Source: an uncultured Spartobacteria bacterium
GTDB taxonomy: Bacteria; Verrucomicrobiota; Verrucomicrobiia; Chthoniobacterales; UBA6821
Direction of reading: 5' to 3'
Assembly: GCA_903847935.1 (NCBI GenBank)
Contig: CAINEX010000133.1
Span: 8-64,007, forward strand
Length of the DNA: 64,000 bases
Every line of letters starts with the position of its first letter. Within the stretch, counting starts at the first letter, position 1. This document shows positions 38,149 to 50,646 of this stretch, in pieces. The translations under genes and the position numbers were made by a program. The notes beneath the pieces are model-generated. The model saw only the letters and a program-made list of their open reading frames with translations. It made no database searches and was not told the DNA's origin.

Positions 38149-39125
38149 TGATGAAGGTTCTCTTTGACCGCGGGGTCTACCTTCCCTCCTGCGATCTATG
38201 GTTGGATCCGCGAGGAAATCGTCCGTTTGCTTTTGTCTCTCACGCCCATGCCGACCATATGGGTAACCATCTCCGTACAATCCTTACTGAACCGACAGCA
38301 CGCTTCATGAGATCCCGCATGGGGACGAGTGGCAAGGTTCAGCATGTTCTTCGTTATGGAGAGGGGCGTGACTTCGGAAGCTTTCGGGCGACCTGCCTGC
38401 CTGCGGGGCATGTGCTTGGGTCCGCGCAGATCCTGATCGAACAAGCCGATGAAAGATTGCTTTATACGGGTGACTTCAAACTGCGCCGGGGCCTTTCATC
38501 GGAGCAGGCCGAGTGTGTAAGGGCGGATACCCTGATCATGGAGACAACATTTGGGCTTCCTCATTTCAGTTTCCCTCCCCCCGTCAAAACAATCGCCAAG
38601 ATCATTACCTTTTGCCGTGAGTCACTTGCCGCGGGTGCGGTTCCGATCCTTCTGGGGTATTCGCTTGGCAAGGCACAGGAAATCCTTGCTGCTTTGGCGG
38701 GAACTCAACTTCCCGTGATGGTTCATGGATCGATCTGGCAGATGACGCGGCTTTACGAAGAGATGGGGGCCGTTTTTACACCTTATTCCCGATTCGAGCC
38801 GGCCGAAGTTTCCGGACATGTGCTTCTTTGTCCCCCCGCTGTAGCCGGAACGGCCATCTTGGACAACATCCCCGAGAAGCGGATTGCCATGATTACGGGT
38901 TGGGGGCTCGATGAGCGAGCTGTGTATCGATATGGTTGCGACGCAGTGTTTCCTTTGTCTGATCACGCAGATTATGCCGAATTGATGGAGATGGTAAAAC
39001 TTGTGCAGCCGCGTCGGGTGTTTACCCTTCATGGGTACGCTGAGGAGTTTGCCTCAGATCTCCGACGTCAAGGGATGGAGGCCTGGTCACTGACGGGGGG
39101 AAACCAATTGGAGTTCAGTCTTTAA
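38148..39125 (+). CDS. MBL-fold / beta-CASP-like exonuclease of the ligase-associated DNA-damage-response exonuclease family
   Basis: The track ORF is 38001-39125; the real start is ATG 38148, overlapping the lgt stop (TAATG). Motifs: LWLDPRGNRPFAFVSHAHADHMG, LPAGHVLGSAQILIE, YTGDFKL, IMETTFGLP, GYSLGKAQE, ITGWG, LSDHADY and FTLHGY. Confidence 0.7.
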   Translation: MMKVLFDRGVYLPSCDLWLDPRGNRPFAFVSHAHADHMGNHLRTILTEPTARFMRSRMGTSGKVQHVLRYGEGRDFGSFRATCLPAGHVLGSAQILIEQADERLLYTGDFKLRRGLSSEQAECVRADTLIMETTFGLPHFSFPPPVKTIAKIITFCRESLAAGAVPILLGYSLGKAQEILAALAGTQLPVMVHGSIWQMTRLYEEMGAVFTPYSRFEPAEVSGHVLLCPPAVAGTAILDNIPEKRIAMITGWGLDERAVYRYGCDAVFPLSDHADYAELMEMVKLVQPRRVFTLHGYAEEFASDLRRQGMEAWSLTGGNQLEFSL

Positions 39126-39175
39126 AAGGCTTTTCAAGCTATTCCGACCTGCTTCTGATCATGCTACACTGATAA

Positions 39176-40468
39176 GTGGATTCGAGAATGTTCCCCACAG
39201 AAACCAATCACCTCCTGCGAAGTCTTCTCTTGAGCGCCAGCTTGGGAGCTCTCATCGGACTGGAACGGCAATGGGATGATCAGTTCCGTCATCACCGCTC
39301 AAGGGTTCTTGCAGGACTCCGTACATTCACGCTTTGGTCGATCTTCGGAGATCTTTGTGCATGGTTCACCCAGACTATCAACCCTCTATTCTTTATTGCG
39401 GGATTTGCCGCCATGGGTATCTGGTTGACACTGTTCCTCCAAAGCCGCAACCGGGGTGGAGGGGATCCGGGGTTCACAACAGGTGCTGCGGGGATGATTT
39501 CATTCCTGATCGGCGGTCTTGTTTTCTGGGGGCAGGAACGTGTGGCCATTGTCCTCGCCGTGTGTGTGATCATCCTTCTTGCCATCAAGCCCACGTTGCA
39601 CCGTTTTACCCGTGGCATCACGTTGGAGGATGTCCGAGCCGCATTGAAGTTTGCCGCAGTGACGGGAGTCATACTTCCCCTTGTGCCTGATGAAACGTTC
39701 GGGCCTTATCAGGCCTTTAATCCGCATACCATCTGGTTAATGGTCGTTCTTGTTTCCGGAATCGGATTCGCCGGTTATCTTGCAGTCCGAGTTCTGGGCC
39801 AGCGCAACGGAATTGCCCTTACCGGACTCCTTGGAGGAATCGTCTCCAGTACCGCTACGACCCTGGCCATGAGTCGACAAAGCCGGGAAAGGCCTTTGGA
39901 ATCTGCTGACTGTGCGCTAGCCATTCTGCTGGCTTGCACAATCATGCCATTAAGGGTCGGGCTCCTGCTTGCTTTCGTAAACACGCGCTTGCTGGCCGTT
40001 GCATGGGGTGCCTTGATGATTGTTTCCATGCCGGGAGTGTTTTGGTGCCTCTGGCGCCTGCTTCATGGTGGCATAGGTAGTGGATCGGCTCATGATCCCG
40101 CGAAATACGGGAACCCACTCCGACTGCGTGTGGCCTTTCAGTTCGGGGCCCTCTATGCCGTCATTGTGCTGGTCGTGAAAGCGACCATGACAGTCACGGG
40201 GAGTAACGAATTGCTTTTGGTGAGTGGTCTTTCCGGATTGATCGATCTTGATGCCATCACGCTCTCCCTTTCTCAAATGACTGGAATCGGAAGTCTTACT
40301 TCTGTGATCATGATCAAGGGCATCATGTTAGCGATCCTAGCCAACACGGCCATGAAGGCTGCAATAGCCGTTTTTTTTGGTTCGCCTGGCCTGGTTCGGG
40401 AGGTGGTAATCATCCTCGGCATCACGGCCTTCTTCGTGATTGCAACCTGCTTTTTTTACGGTCATTGA
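39176..40468 (+). CDS. MgtC/SapB-family membrane protein with DUF4010-type C-terminal extension
   Basis: 430 aa, polytopic. The N-terminal MgtC signature is LSASLGALIGLERQW...AGLRTFTLWSIFG. The 3' end overlaps convergent kdsB by 47 nt. Confidence 0.7.
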   Translation: MDSRMFPTETNHLLRSLLLSASLGALIGLERQWDDQFRHHRSRVLAGLRTFTLWSIFGDLCAWFTQTINPLFFIAGFAAMGIWLTLFLQSRNRGGGDPGFTTGAAGMISFLIGGLVFWGQERVAIVLAVCVIILLAIKPTLHRFTRGITLEDVRAALKFAAVTGVILPLVPDETFGPYQAFNPHTIWLMVVLVSGIGFAGYLAVRVLGQRNGIALTGLLGGIVSSTATTLAMSRQSRERPLESADCALAILLACTIMPLRVGLLLAFVNTRLLAVAWGALMIVSMPGVFWCLWRLLHGGIGSGSAHDPAKYGNPLRLRVAFQFGALYAVIVLVVKATMTVTGSNELLLVSGLSGLIDLDAITLSLSQMTGIGSLTSVIMIKGIMLAILANTAMKAAIAVFFGSPGLVREVVIILGITAFFVIATCFFYGH

Positions 40469-41255
40469 TCCCAAGGAGCATTCTTTCCACAAGGAGTGCA
40501 TCTGCCGGGGTATCGACTCCCATGCCACGGTGGGTTGTTCTGACAAGCCTGATCGGGATGCCATGTTCCAAGGCTCTGAGTTGTTCCAGTTTTTCGCAAA
40601 GCTCCAGCGGGGAAGGGGGGAGTTTGACAAGTTTTTTCAGGATATCCCGGCTGTATCCGTAAATGCCGAGATGGAGAAGCGGCATGAGTGCGCTCGCCTG
40701 ATCATGGGCATCTCGGTGGAAGGGAATTCTTCCGCGTGAAAAATAGAGTGCGTTTCCATTCTGGCCAGCGATTACCTTCACGCAGTTTGAGTCATCAGCT
40801 TCACGCGGATCTTCAAAAGGTGTTGCCGCCGTGATCATGCCGATTTCGGGATCCTTAATCATTGCCTTGGCAAGCATGCCGATCAGGAGTGGGTCGATCA
40901 TCGGCTCATCCCCCTGAACATTGATGAAATGTGTCATGCCCCGAAGTCGGGTGGCAACTTCTGCAATACGATCTGTACCACTGGGGTGGGTTGGTGACGT
41001 CATCACCACATCCGCACCGAACGCTTGGGACGTCTCGGCAATCCTCTTGTCATCCGTGGCGATCAAGACCCGGGCAATGTCCTTCGCAAGAAGGGAGCGC
41101 TCCCAGACATGCTGGACAAGAGGTTTGCCAGCGATCACGTGTAGGCATTTGCCGGGAAATCGGGTCGATCCCCAACGTGCAGGGATAACAAGGGCAATGG
41201 TCGGGCCCGTTTTTTTGCGATTCCTCTTGGGAGTTGGTTTGGCTGATTTTTTCAT
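40422..41255 (-). CDS. kdsB: 3-deoxy-manno-octulosonate cytidylyltransferase (CMP-KDO synthetase)
   Basis: 277 aa. Motifs: LVIPARWGSTRFPGKCLHVIAGKPLVQHVWER, INVQGDEPMIDP and VDTPADA. Confidence 0.9.
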   Translation of the reverse strand: MKKSAKPTPKRNRKKTGPTIALVIPARWGSTRFPGKCLHVIAGKPLVQHVWERSLLAKDIARVLIATDDKRIAETSQAFGADVVMTSPTHPSGTDRIAEVATRLRGMTHFINVQGDEPMIDPLLIGMLAKAMIKDPEIGMITAATPFEDPREADDSNCVKVIAGQNGNALYFSRGRIPFHRDAHDQASALMPLLHLGIYGYSRDILKKLVKLPPSPLELCEKLEQLRALEHGIPIRLVRTTHRGMGVDTPADALLVERMLLGINDRKKSRLQSRRRP

Positions 41256-41261
41256 CGGGGA

Positions 41262-41810
41262 TCAGCTCTCTCTTGAACTCCCGTCGAGCGCTATGCGTAT
41301 TGCCTCGGTGACGGTCGGCACCCTGTGATCCGGAAAACAATCACTGTAGTCACGACCATAGCCAGTCTCGACCAGAATGGTGACGACGCCGGCCCGACGT
41401 CCGCATTCGATATCGATTTTTTTGTCCCCGATCATGTACGAACGGCTCAGGTCGATTCCATGCTCTGAAGCTGCCTCAAGGATCATTCCCGGCGCCGGTT
41501 TGCGCCGCAGCGATCCTGTTTCGGGAAGATCGGGTGACATGTAGGTTGCGTCGATTGTCCCGCCAAGTTGACGGATGAGCTCATCCTGAACCGATTGAAA
41601 CTGCTCCACTGTGAAATATCCCCTGCCAATGCCGCTTTGGTTGGTGATGATGATGTTCGCCCATCCCTCGGCACGGGAACGCTTGAGTTCCTTTGCCGCT
41701 CCCGGATAAACGCGGACAAGCATCGGATCATGGCAGTGATCAACCTCCTCCATCAAGGTACCGTCACGATCGATGAAAAGCGCCGGGCGCAACCCGTCAT
41801 GGACGTTCAT
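41262..41810 (-). CDS. gmhB: D-glycero-D-manno-heptose 1,7-bisphosphate phosphatase (HAD family)
   Basis: 182 aa. HAD motifs: ALFIDRDGTL, IITNQSGIGRGYF and MIGDKKIDIECG. There is a 4-nt overlap with the upstream kinase gene. Confidence 0.85.
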   Translation of the reverse strand: MNVHDGLRPALFIDRDGTLMEEVDHCHDPMLVRVYPGAAKELKRSRAEGWANIIITNQSGIGRGYFTVEQFQSVQDELIRQLGGTIDATYMSPDLPETGSLRRKPAPGMILEAASEHGIDLSRSYMIGDKKIDIECGRRAGVVTILVETGYGRDYSDCFPDHRVPTVTEAIRIALDGSSRES

Positions 41811-42814
41811 TGATCATTGTTGTTGCTGAAACTTTCCACCAGTTCCTCCCTGGAACAAGTCGCTGTGCCCAATTTGCCCACAACAATACCGGCTGCATGG
41901 TTCGCTAATTCCGCGGCTTCGTCGGGTTCGGCTCCCGAGGCAATGCCGAGTGTGTAGAGCGAGATGGAAGTATCGCCAGCTCCCGAAACATCGAAAATTT
42001 CCCGGGCTCTCGTAGGCGTGTGGTAGGGGGGGTGTCCCTGGCGGAAAAGCATCATTCCCTGCTCGCTCAGCGTGATAAGCAGGGCACCGGCCTGCCAGCG
42101 CTGTAAAAGGAGACGTCCCACTTCCATCAGCGCTTCGTCTTTTTCGACGGGATGAACCGGTGGTGTGAGGGGGATGCCCGCGGCGGCAAATGCTTCGGAC
42201 CGGTTCGGCTTGATTGCGGCGACTCCCGTCCATTCAAGGGGATTTTTTGGATTAGGGTCACAAGTCACGATCGTGCCGCATTCCTTAGCGGCTCGGATCA
42301 CCTCATTGACAAGAATCTGGTCAAGGAATCCTTTTCCATAGTCCTCGATGAGAACGGCATCCGCTCCTTGCACCAGCTTCCTAGCCTTCACGACAATATC
42401 GCTGCTAGACGAACCTGGAGTTGCCCTATGATCACGATCAAAGCGGACGACTTGCTGTCGCTGGGCGATGATGCGTGTCTTGACAATGGTGGAGGCATTG
42501 GGATCGGTGAAGAGGCCTTCCGTCGAGATGCCCTCTTCCTGGAGGCGCTTGGTCAGCTTTTCTCCGGCCAGATCTGCTCCGATGACTCCCAGCATGGTCA
42601 CCGAGTCGGTGAATCCCCTTAGATTTCTGGCCACATTGGCGGCTCCACCAGGATAACTTGATTCTCTCTCCACCTCCACGACGGGAACAGGTGCTTCAGG
42701 AGAAATCCTGCTGACGTTTCCCCAGACGAATTCGTCCAGCATCAAGTCGCCGATGACAAGCAACCGTTTGGCGGATGCGGCATCAAGAATGTGTTGTAAT
42801 CTTTTAAGGTCCAT
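41807..42814 (-). CDS. D-glycero-beta-D-manno-heptose-7-phosphate kinase (RfaE/HldE domain I only, HldA-type)
   Basis: The track ORF is 41807-42925; the start is at the Met at 42814 (MDLKRLQHILDAASAKRLLVIGDLMLDEFVWGNVSRISPEAPVPVV). It has a PfkB-type C-terminus, DVSGAGDT. No adenylyltransferase domain is attached. Confidence 0.85.
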   Translation of the reverse strand: MDLKRLQHILDAASAKRLLVIGDLMLDEFVWGNVSRISPEAPVPVVEVERESSYPGGAANVARNLRGFTDSVTMLGVIGADLAGEKLTKRLQEEGISTEGLFTDPNASTIVKTRIIAQRQQVVRFDRDHRATPGSSSSDIVVKARKLVQGADAVLIEDYGKGFLDQILVNEVIRAAKECGTIVTCDPNPKNPLEWTGVAAIKPNRSEAFAAAGIPLTPPVHPVEKDEALMEVGRLLLQRWQAGALLITLSEQGMMLFRQGHPPYHTPTRAREIFDVSGAGDTSISLYTLGIASGAEPDEAAELANHAAGIVVGKLGTATCSREELVESFSNNNDQ

Positions 42815-42909
42815 TACAGATTGAACATAACAAAAAGCCTGTGAACTACGAGTCCCCAATGCTCCATGGCAAGTCCCTCCGCGGCGAGGGTATTTTTTCC
42901 GGTTTTTCG

Positions 42910-43713
42910 ATGAAACAAATTTCACTGCTTACATTGCTTGTGTCGGTTTCCGGTGTCTCGGCCCTCCTTGCCGACATGCCTCCGAAGAAGATCGCCCTCT
43001 CTGACTTTCCCGCAGCAGCCGTTCAGGATGTTGTTGTGCCCGTCCCCAGTGAGATTTTTACCGTTCTGGATAAGCTCGGGAATCCCAACTGGAAGTCCCA
43101 GTTGCGTGATGGGAAAGCCCAGACTCCCGAAGATCGTGCGCGCACTGCCCTTCTTTTAGGCAATGTGATTGCCGAGGGCTTCGTGGCTGTCGAGGCGGAG
43201 GATTCGGAACGAGTGAAAGAACTCGGCCGTCAGGTGCTCACTCTTGCCGAGGCCATCAATGTCCGTAAATCAGTAATTGCACGCAGCAAGAGCATAACCG
43301 ACAAGGCCGACCAGCGCGATTGGAAGGGCGTGCGAGCAGAGTTTGACGGGGCGCTTCAGGATGTGAGGGGTGCCATGCAGGAACTTAATGATCAGGACCT
43401 ATCGCAGCTTGTGAGCCTGGGCGGATGGCTCAGGGGAACCGAGGTGCTCACCTCCATTGTCCAGAGCGGTTTCTCTAGGGATGGAGCCGAGCTACTTCAT
43501 CAGCCGGAGTTAGTGAATTACTTTGATCGGTCTATCGGCTCCATGGGATCTCGTCTTCGTAAAAACCCCCTGGTCTCCGAGATTCGGGATGTTCTTCGGA
43601 AAATCGGTCCCATTGTGAATGAAGGTGGTGAGGACATATCGATCGATCAGGTTAAGATCATTCATGATCTCACCCATGGGGTAAATCAGCAGGTCGTCAA
43701 CGGCGCCAACTGA
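42910..43713 (+). CDS. Secreted all-helical hypothetical protein
   Basis: The track ORF is 42841-43713; the likely start is ATG 42910 (MKQISLLTLLVSVSGVSALLA, a signal peptide). No family recognised. Confidence 0.5.
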   Translation: MKQISLLTLLVSVSGVSALLADMPPKKIALSDFPAAAVQDVVVPVPSEIFTVLDKLGNPNWKSQLRDGKAQTPEDRARTALLLGNVIAEGFVAVEAEDSERVKELGRQVLTLAEAINVRKSVIARSKSITDKADQRDWKGVRAEFDGALQDVRGAMQELNDQDLSQLVSLGGWLRGTEVLTSIVQSGFSRDGAELLHQPELVNYFDRSIGSMGSRLRKNPLVSEIRDVLRKIGPIVNEGGEDISIDQVKIIHDLTHGVNQQVVNGAN

Positions 43714-43715
43714 CC

Positions 43716-44180
43716 ATGAAATTTTCCAACCCATTGCCGAATCGCCCCAGATGCCTGAGTTTACTCATGGCGGTCTCCATAGTGACGGTGTTCCTTCCGT
43801 TACGACTCCAGGCAACCGTTGATGACGCACTTTCCTTTGCCTACGAGGCTGCCCTTCCTTATTACAAGCAGGGCTTCTCAATAAGAAAAGATGCTTGGGG
43901 AGGAGATCTGGGCGTCCGTGAAAAAAAAGCGGTGAGTTCACAACTTTTCAAAGGCAATGACTACTGGTTTCTCATGGCCACGGATCTCAAAGGCGCCTCG
44001 CTCTCTGTTCATCTCTACGATGACAAGGGCAATCTGGTTGACGCGGAAAGTTGGCAAAAGGGCCGCTTTGCCGGCGCCAGAGTCTCTCCCAAGTCAACGG
44101 GGACATTCTTTGCCATCGTTCAAATCCTCAAGTCGCCCGAGGATCGTACTCCGTGGGCATTGGTTTACGGCTACAAATAG
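43716..44180 (+). CDS. Secreted small hypothetical protein
   Basis: 154 aa. Its start lies 2 nt after the upstream stop. It has a signal peptide (LSLLMAVSIVTVFLPLRLQA) and beta-rich-looking composition. No family recognised. Confidence 0.5.
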   Translation: MKFSNPLPNRPRCLSLLMAVSIVTVFLPLRLQATVDDALSFAYEAALPYYKQGFSIRKDAWGGDLGVREKKAVSSQLFKGNDYWFLMATDLKGASLSVHLYDDKGNLVDAESWQKGRFAGARVSPKSTGTFFAIVQILKSPEDRTPWALVYGYK

Positions 44181-44189
44181 CCATCTTAG

Positions 44190-45281
44190 TTGAAGACAAA
44201 GGCCCAGCCGAAGACCACCCTCAATCCCAGTCCTGGGATTGCCACGAATGCAAGGCATGAGACGATCTCTCTCATGATGGAGTTTGCCAGTGGTCGTGTT
44301 CTTCTGGCGCTCTATGGAGGCGATGAGGGCTTGCTCCGAATGATGGAAGGCCGTCTAGGCATTAATCTGACCTGCCGCGATGGTTGGATGAAAATCAATG
44401 GTCCGAAAGATGCTGTGGACAGGGCGCAAAAAATATTTTTACAACTCGAAAAGGTGAGTGCAAAGGGTGCATTGATTGGACGTGAGGAGTTTCTTTATGC
44501 TCTGGATCATGAAGCGCCCGAGCCAGTCTTAGGCAAGAATGCATCTGGTGAAGGAAGCGTGGAAACTCGTCATCACAATGAATCGCTCGAGGGGCTCTAC
44601 GCTGAGAGAATCCAGTGCTCAGTACGCAAGCCCCCCGTGGTCCCAAAGAATGTTTCCCAAAGGGATTATCTCAGGGCCATCGATTCCCATGATATCACTT
44701 TTGGGATCGGTCCGGCAGGAACTGGCAAGACCTATCTTGCCGTGGGCAAGGCTGTTGCTGCGCTTAGATCGGAAAGCGTCAACCGGATCATTCTCACCCG
44801 TCCGGCGGTCGAGGCAGGAGAGGCATTGGGATTCTTACCCGGCGAACTGCAGGAAAAAATTCTGCCTTATCTACGGCCTCTTTACGACGCGCTTCATGAC
44901 ATGATGGAGCCGGAGGAGATCCAGCGTGCCATCGATAAGAATATCATTGAGATCGCTCCTCTTGCCTATATGCGCGGACGCACTCTCAACAAGGCCTTCA
45001 TCATCCTTGATGAGGCGCAGAATACAACGACGGAGCAGATGTTCATGTTTCTCACACGGATCGGGATGGGTTCCAAGTGTGTGATCACGGGTGATCGGAC
45101 CCAGATTGATCTTCCCAAAAACAAACCAAGCGGCCTGATTGAGGCCGTGGGTGCCCTGAAGGATACCTCGGAAATCTCTTTTCATTTTTTTGGAGAGAAG
45201 GACGTGGTCCGTCACCCACTGGTTCGAGCCATCCTGGAAGCTTACAAAGAGCATAGGGGAACGAGGGAGAGCAGATTTTAG
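44190..45281 (+). CDS. phoH: PhoH-like ATPase
   Basis: 363 aa with a TTG start per the track; the alternative is ATG 44274. Walker A: GIGPAGTGKTYLAV. Also ILTRPAVEAGEALGFLPG and FIILDEAQNTT. Confidence 0.9.
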   Translation: MKTKAQPKTTLNPSPGIATNARHETISLMMEFASGRVLLALYGGDEGLLRMMEGRLGINLTCRDGWMKINGPKDAVDRAQKIFLQLEKVSAKGALIGREEFLYALDHEAPEPVLGKNASGEGSVETRHHNESLEGLYAERIQCSVRKPPVVPKNVSQRDYLRAIDSHDITFGIGPAGTGKTYLAVGKAVAALRSESVNRIILTRPAVEAGEALGFLPGELQEKILPYLRPLYDALHDMMEPEEIQRAIDKNIIEIAPLAYMRGRTLNKAFIILDEAQNTTTEQMFMFLTRIGMGSKCVITGDRTQIDLPKNKPSGLIEAVGALKDTSEISFHFFGEKDVVRHPLVRAILEAYKEHRGTRESRF

Positions 45282-45322
45282 CCAATCGTTGAAAAGCCTC
45301 CGCAAGAAAAACATCACCTGCA

Positions 45323-46867
45323 ATGTTCCGATTTCTCAAAAAAAGACGCCTTGAGGCCAAGGGGATGAGCTGTGGAAAGACCCGTCTTTCCAAGTCAGGC
45401 AACAGATTTTTTGAACGGCTAGAAGAGAATGTGCTGGTGAAGGGAGGGATCATCCTCATGGCCTCAGTCCTTCTTGCCATCTTCTGCTTTTTCAGTGGTT
45501 CGCAGGACGCTCTGATGCAATTTTTCCTTTCGTTGATAGTCCTTGTGCTTGCTGTCACCCTTCCGTTGGTGAGTAAAGACTCCCCGTTGGTGAAGAACTC
45601 GCGTCTCACGCTCTTTCTTTTATTGATTCTTTTGCAACTGGGACTGGGAAAGTTGATCCAAGGGCAGAGTGATGATGTGCTTTCACAGGTCTTGATCCCC
45701 TATGCGTTGGCCCCGATATCAATCTCCGTCATGCTCGGCGCCCCGACGGCCTTCTTTGCCTGCGTGACGGGTTCCCTGTGGTGGATGGTGCTTCAGCAGA
45801 AGGGTGATTCCGGTTCCCTCTTATTGGTTCTTGCCGGCGGGCTTGCAGGGATTCTCTCCACTATGAATGTTCGTCGTCGCTCTCGATTGTTACGAGCCGG
45901 ATTGTATTCCGGCATTTGTGTCGCATTTCTCTATCTGGTTTGGAGTTTACTCCCATTCATTCAAGGCGATTTGCCAAAGTTGCTCTCATTTCCCTGGCTT
46001 CAGGCCGTACTCTGCCTCTCTTACGCCGTAGGGGCGGGGCTTTTTACCGGAGTTGTGATCAGTGGTTCCCTTCCTCTTGTTGAAAGGATGTTCGGGATTA
46101 CGACGGATATTTCATTAATGGAGATGGCTGATCTGAATCACCCGCTTCTACGTCGACTCAGTCTGGAGGCTCCCGGCACCTACCATCACTCCCTGGCCAT
46201 GGCAAATCTTGCCGAGGCCTGTGCTGAAAAAGTGGGTGCCAATTCCTCTCTTTGCCGCGTCAGTGCTTATTTTCACGATATCGGCAAACTGGCTAAACCA
46301 GAGTACTTCACCGAAAATATGCCCCCCGGGGAAAACCCACATGACGAACTCACCCCGACCATGAGCTCGCTGGTCATCGTCTCCCATGTGAAGGATGGCG
46401 TTGACCTAGGACTGCGTCACAAACTCAACAGCAGGGTGATTGACGGTATCCAGCAACATCATGGGACAACACTTGTTGAGTTTTTCTACCAGCGGGCTTG
46501 CCGGCAGGAGAGGGATGCCCAATCCGGCGGCGGACTGATCAATGCCAATCCCGAGGATATTCCCAGGGTTAGCGAAGAGAGTTATCGGTATCCGGGACCG
46601 AAGCCGCAGTCTGTCGAGGCTGTTATCCTAGGGCTGGCCGATGCTGCAGAGAGCGCTTCAAGAAGCCTGGAGCGTCCCACGCCGCAGCGATTGGATGACT
46701 TGGTTCACGATCTCTTGCAGGATCGAATCAATGATGGCCAATATGACGAGGCTCCCGTGACCCTTTGCCAGTTGCAGGAGATTGCCGCAACCCTAGTTTC
46801 GAGCTTGGTAAGCATGTTGCACTCACGCATCTCTTATGGTCGCCGAAAAGACGACGCAAAGGCTTAA
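45323..46867 (+). CDS. 7TM-receptor protein with intracellular HD hydrolase domain (YqfF/PgpH family)
   Basis: 514 aa. It has a multi-TM N-half and an HD domain, HHSLAMANLAEACAEKVGANSSLCRVSAYFHDIGK...SHVKDGV...QQHHG. The phoH-adjacent context is typical. Confidence 0.85.
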   Translation: MFRFLKKRRLEAKGMSCGKTRLSKSGNRFFERLEENVLVKGGIILMASVLLAIFCFFSGSQDALMQFFLSLIVLVLAVTLPLVSKDSPLVKNSRLTLFLLLILLQLGLGKLIQGQSDDVLSQVLIPYALAPISISVMLGAPTAFFACVTGSLWWMVLQQKGDSGSLLLVLAGGLAGILSTMNVRRRSRLLRAGLYSGICVAFLYLVWSLLPFIQGDLPKLLSFPWLQAVLCLSYAVGAGLFTGVVISGSLPLVERMFGITTDISLMEMADLNHPLLRRLSLEAPGTYHHSLAMANLAEACAEKVGANSSLCRVSAYFHDIGKLAKPEYFTENMPPGENPHDELTPTMSSLVIVSHVKDGVDLGLRHKLNSRVIDGIQQHHGTTLVEFFYQRACRQERDAQSGGGLINANPEDIPRVSEESYRYPGPKPQSVEAVILGLADAAESASRSLERPTPQRLDDLVHDLLQDRINDGQYDEAPVTLCQLQEIAATLVSSLVSMLHSRISYGRRKDDAKA

Positions 46868-46875
46868 TCAAACCC

Positions 46876-47982
46876 TTATTTTAAATCGTCGGGAACCGGT
46901 AGGTTCTTGATTTGTTGAACGGCGTCCCTGTGACAGACAAGGATAGCATCCTCCGTCTCTACCACCACAAGGTTGCTGACCCCGCAGAGAGCGACGAGGC
47001 GCTTTTCGCCCACCACAATGTTATGGTGCGCATCAAGTGTGATGACCCTTCCTGAAAGCGTGTTTTCCAAGGAATCTTTGCCCAAGTGGGCGGGAAGAGC
47101 GGACCAGGAACCGACATCGTCCCAGTCGTATTCAGCGACCGCGGCCACCACGCTTGCTGCTTTTTCCATGATGGCAAAATCGACGGAGATCTTTGGAAGC
47201 TTCGGAAAGATCTCGCCAAGATAGTCCTCGGCCGATCCGATCAAGGGGAACTCCAGGATAAAACGCTCCAACTCGGGTTGATGCTTCCGACATTCCTCGA
47301 TAAAAGTCCCGACTTGCCAGAGGAACATGCCTGCATTCCAACCATGTTTTTTCCCCTTGAAAAATTCCTCGGCCCGTTGTGCATCCGGTTTTTCGACAAA
47401 GCGTTCCACGGTCACAAAGCGTGTGGAACCCAAGTTGGGAATGGGAGATCCCAACTGGAGATAGCCGAACCCTGTCGAGGGATGGGTGGGGGTGATCGAA
47501 AAAGTGAGGATTGAGGGATGCTCCGCAACAAATTCTGTGGCCTCGCGGAGTTGGCGTTGAAAAGTCGCGACATCATGGATCATCGCATCGGCCGGGAAGA
47601 GCGCAACGATGGCATTCCGGTTTTTAGAGCGGGCGATAGCCGTCGCCAATGCAGCTGCCGGAGCCGTGTCTCGCTTGGCTGGTTCGGCGATGATGTTGGA
47701 ATGTGGGAAAAAAGGGAGAGCGGCCCTGGTGGATTCCAGCTGAGCCCTGTTGGTAAGGATGAAAACCTGCTCGGGTGGGATCATGCCGCCGATTTTCTCA
47801 ATCATGCTTCCCGTGAACCGACGGATCGTTTGTTCCAGCAGCGTCTGTTCGCCAAGGAGTCGCAGCAGATGCTTCGGGGTGGCGGTCCGGCTGGCGGGCC
47901 AGAAACGCTCGCCACTTCCTCCGGCCATGATGAAAACATGGAGACGGTCGAGTGGTGAAGCGGGTGTGGAGGTCATGCTCAT
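46876..47982 (-). CDS. Mannose-1-phosphate guanylyltransferase-like nucleotidyltransferase
   Basis: 368 aa. The N-terminal NTP-transferase motif is VFIMAGGSGERFWPASR. Also present: FPADAMI and GFGYLQLG. Confidence 0.8.
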   Translation of the reverse strand: MSMTSTPASPLDRLHVFIMAGGSGERFWPASRTATPKHLLRLLGEQTLLEQTIRRFTGSMIEKIGGMIPPEQVFILTNRAQLESTRAALPFFPHSNIIAEPAKRDTAPAAALATAIARSKNRNAIVALFPADAMIHDVATFQRQLREATEFVAEHPSILTFSITPTHPSTGFGYLQLGSPIPNLGSTRFVTVERFVEKPDAQRAEEFFKGKKHGWNAGMFLWQVGTFIEECRKHQPELERFILEFPLIGSAEDYLGEIFPKLPKISVDFAIMEKAASVVAAVAEYDWDDVGSWSALPAHLGKDSLENTLSGRVITLDAHHNIVVGEKRLVALCGVSNLVVVETEDAILVCHRDAVQQIKNLPVPDDLK

Positions 47983-47985
47983 TTC

Positions 47986-50646
<2,661 letters not shown>

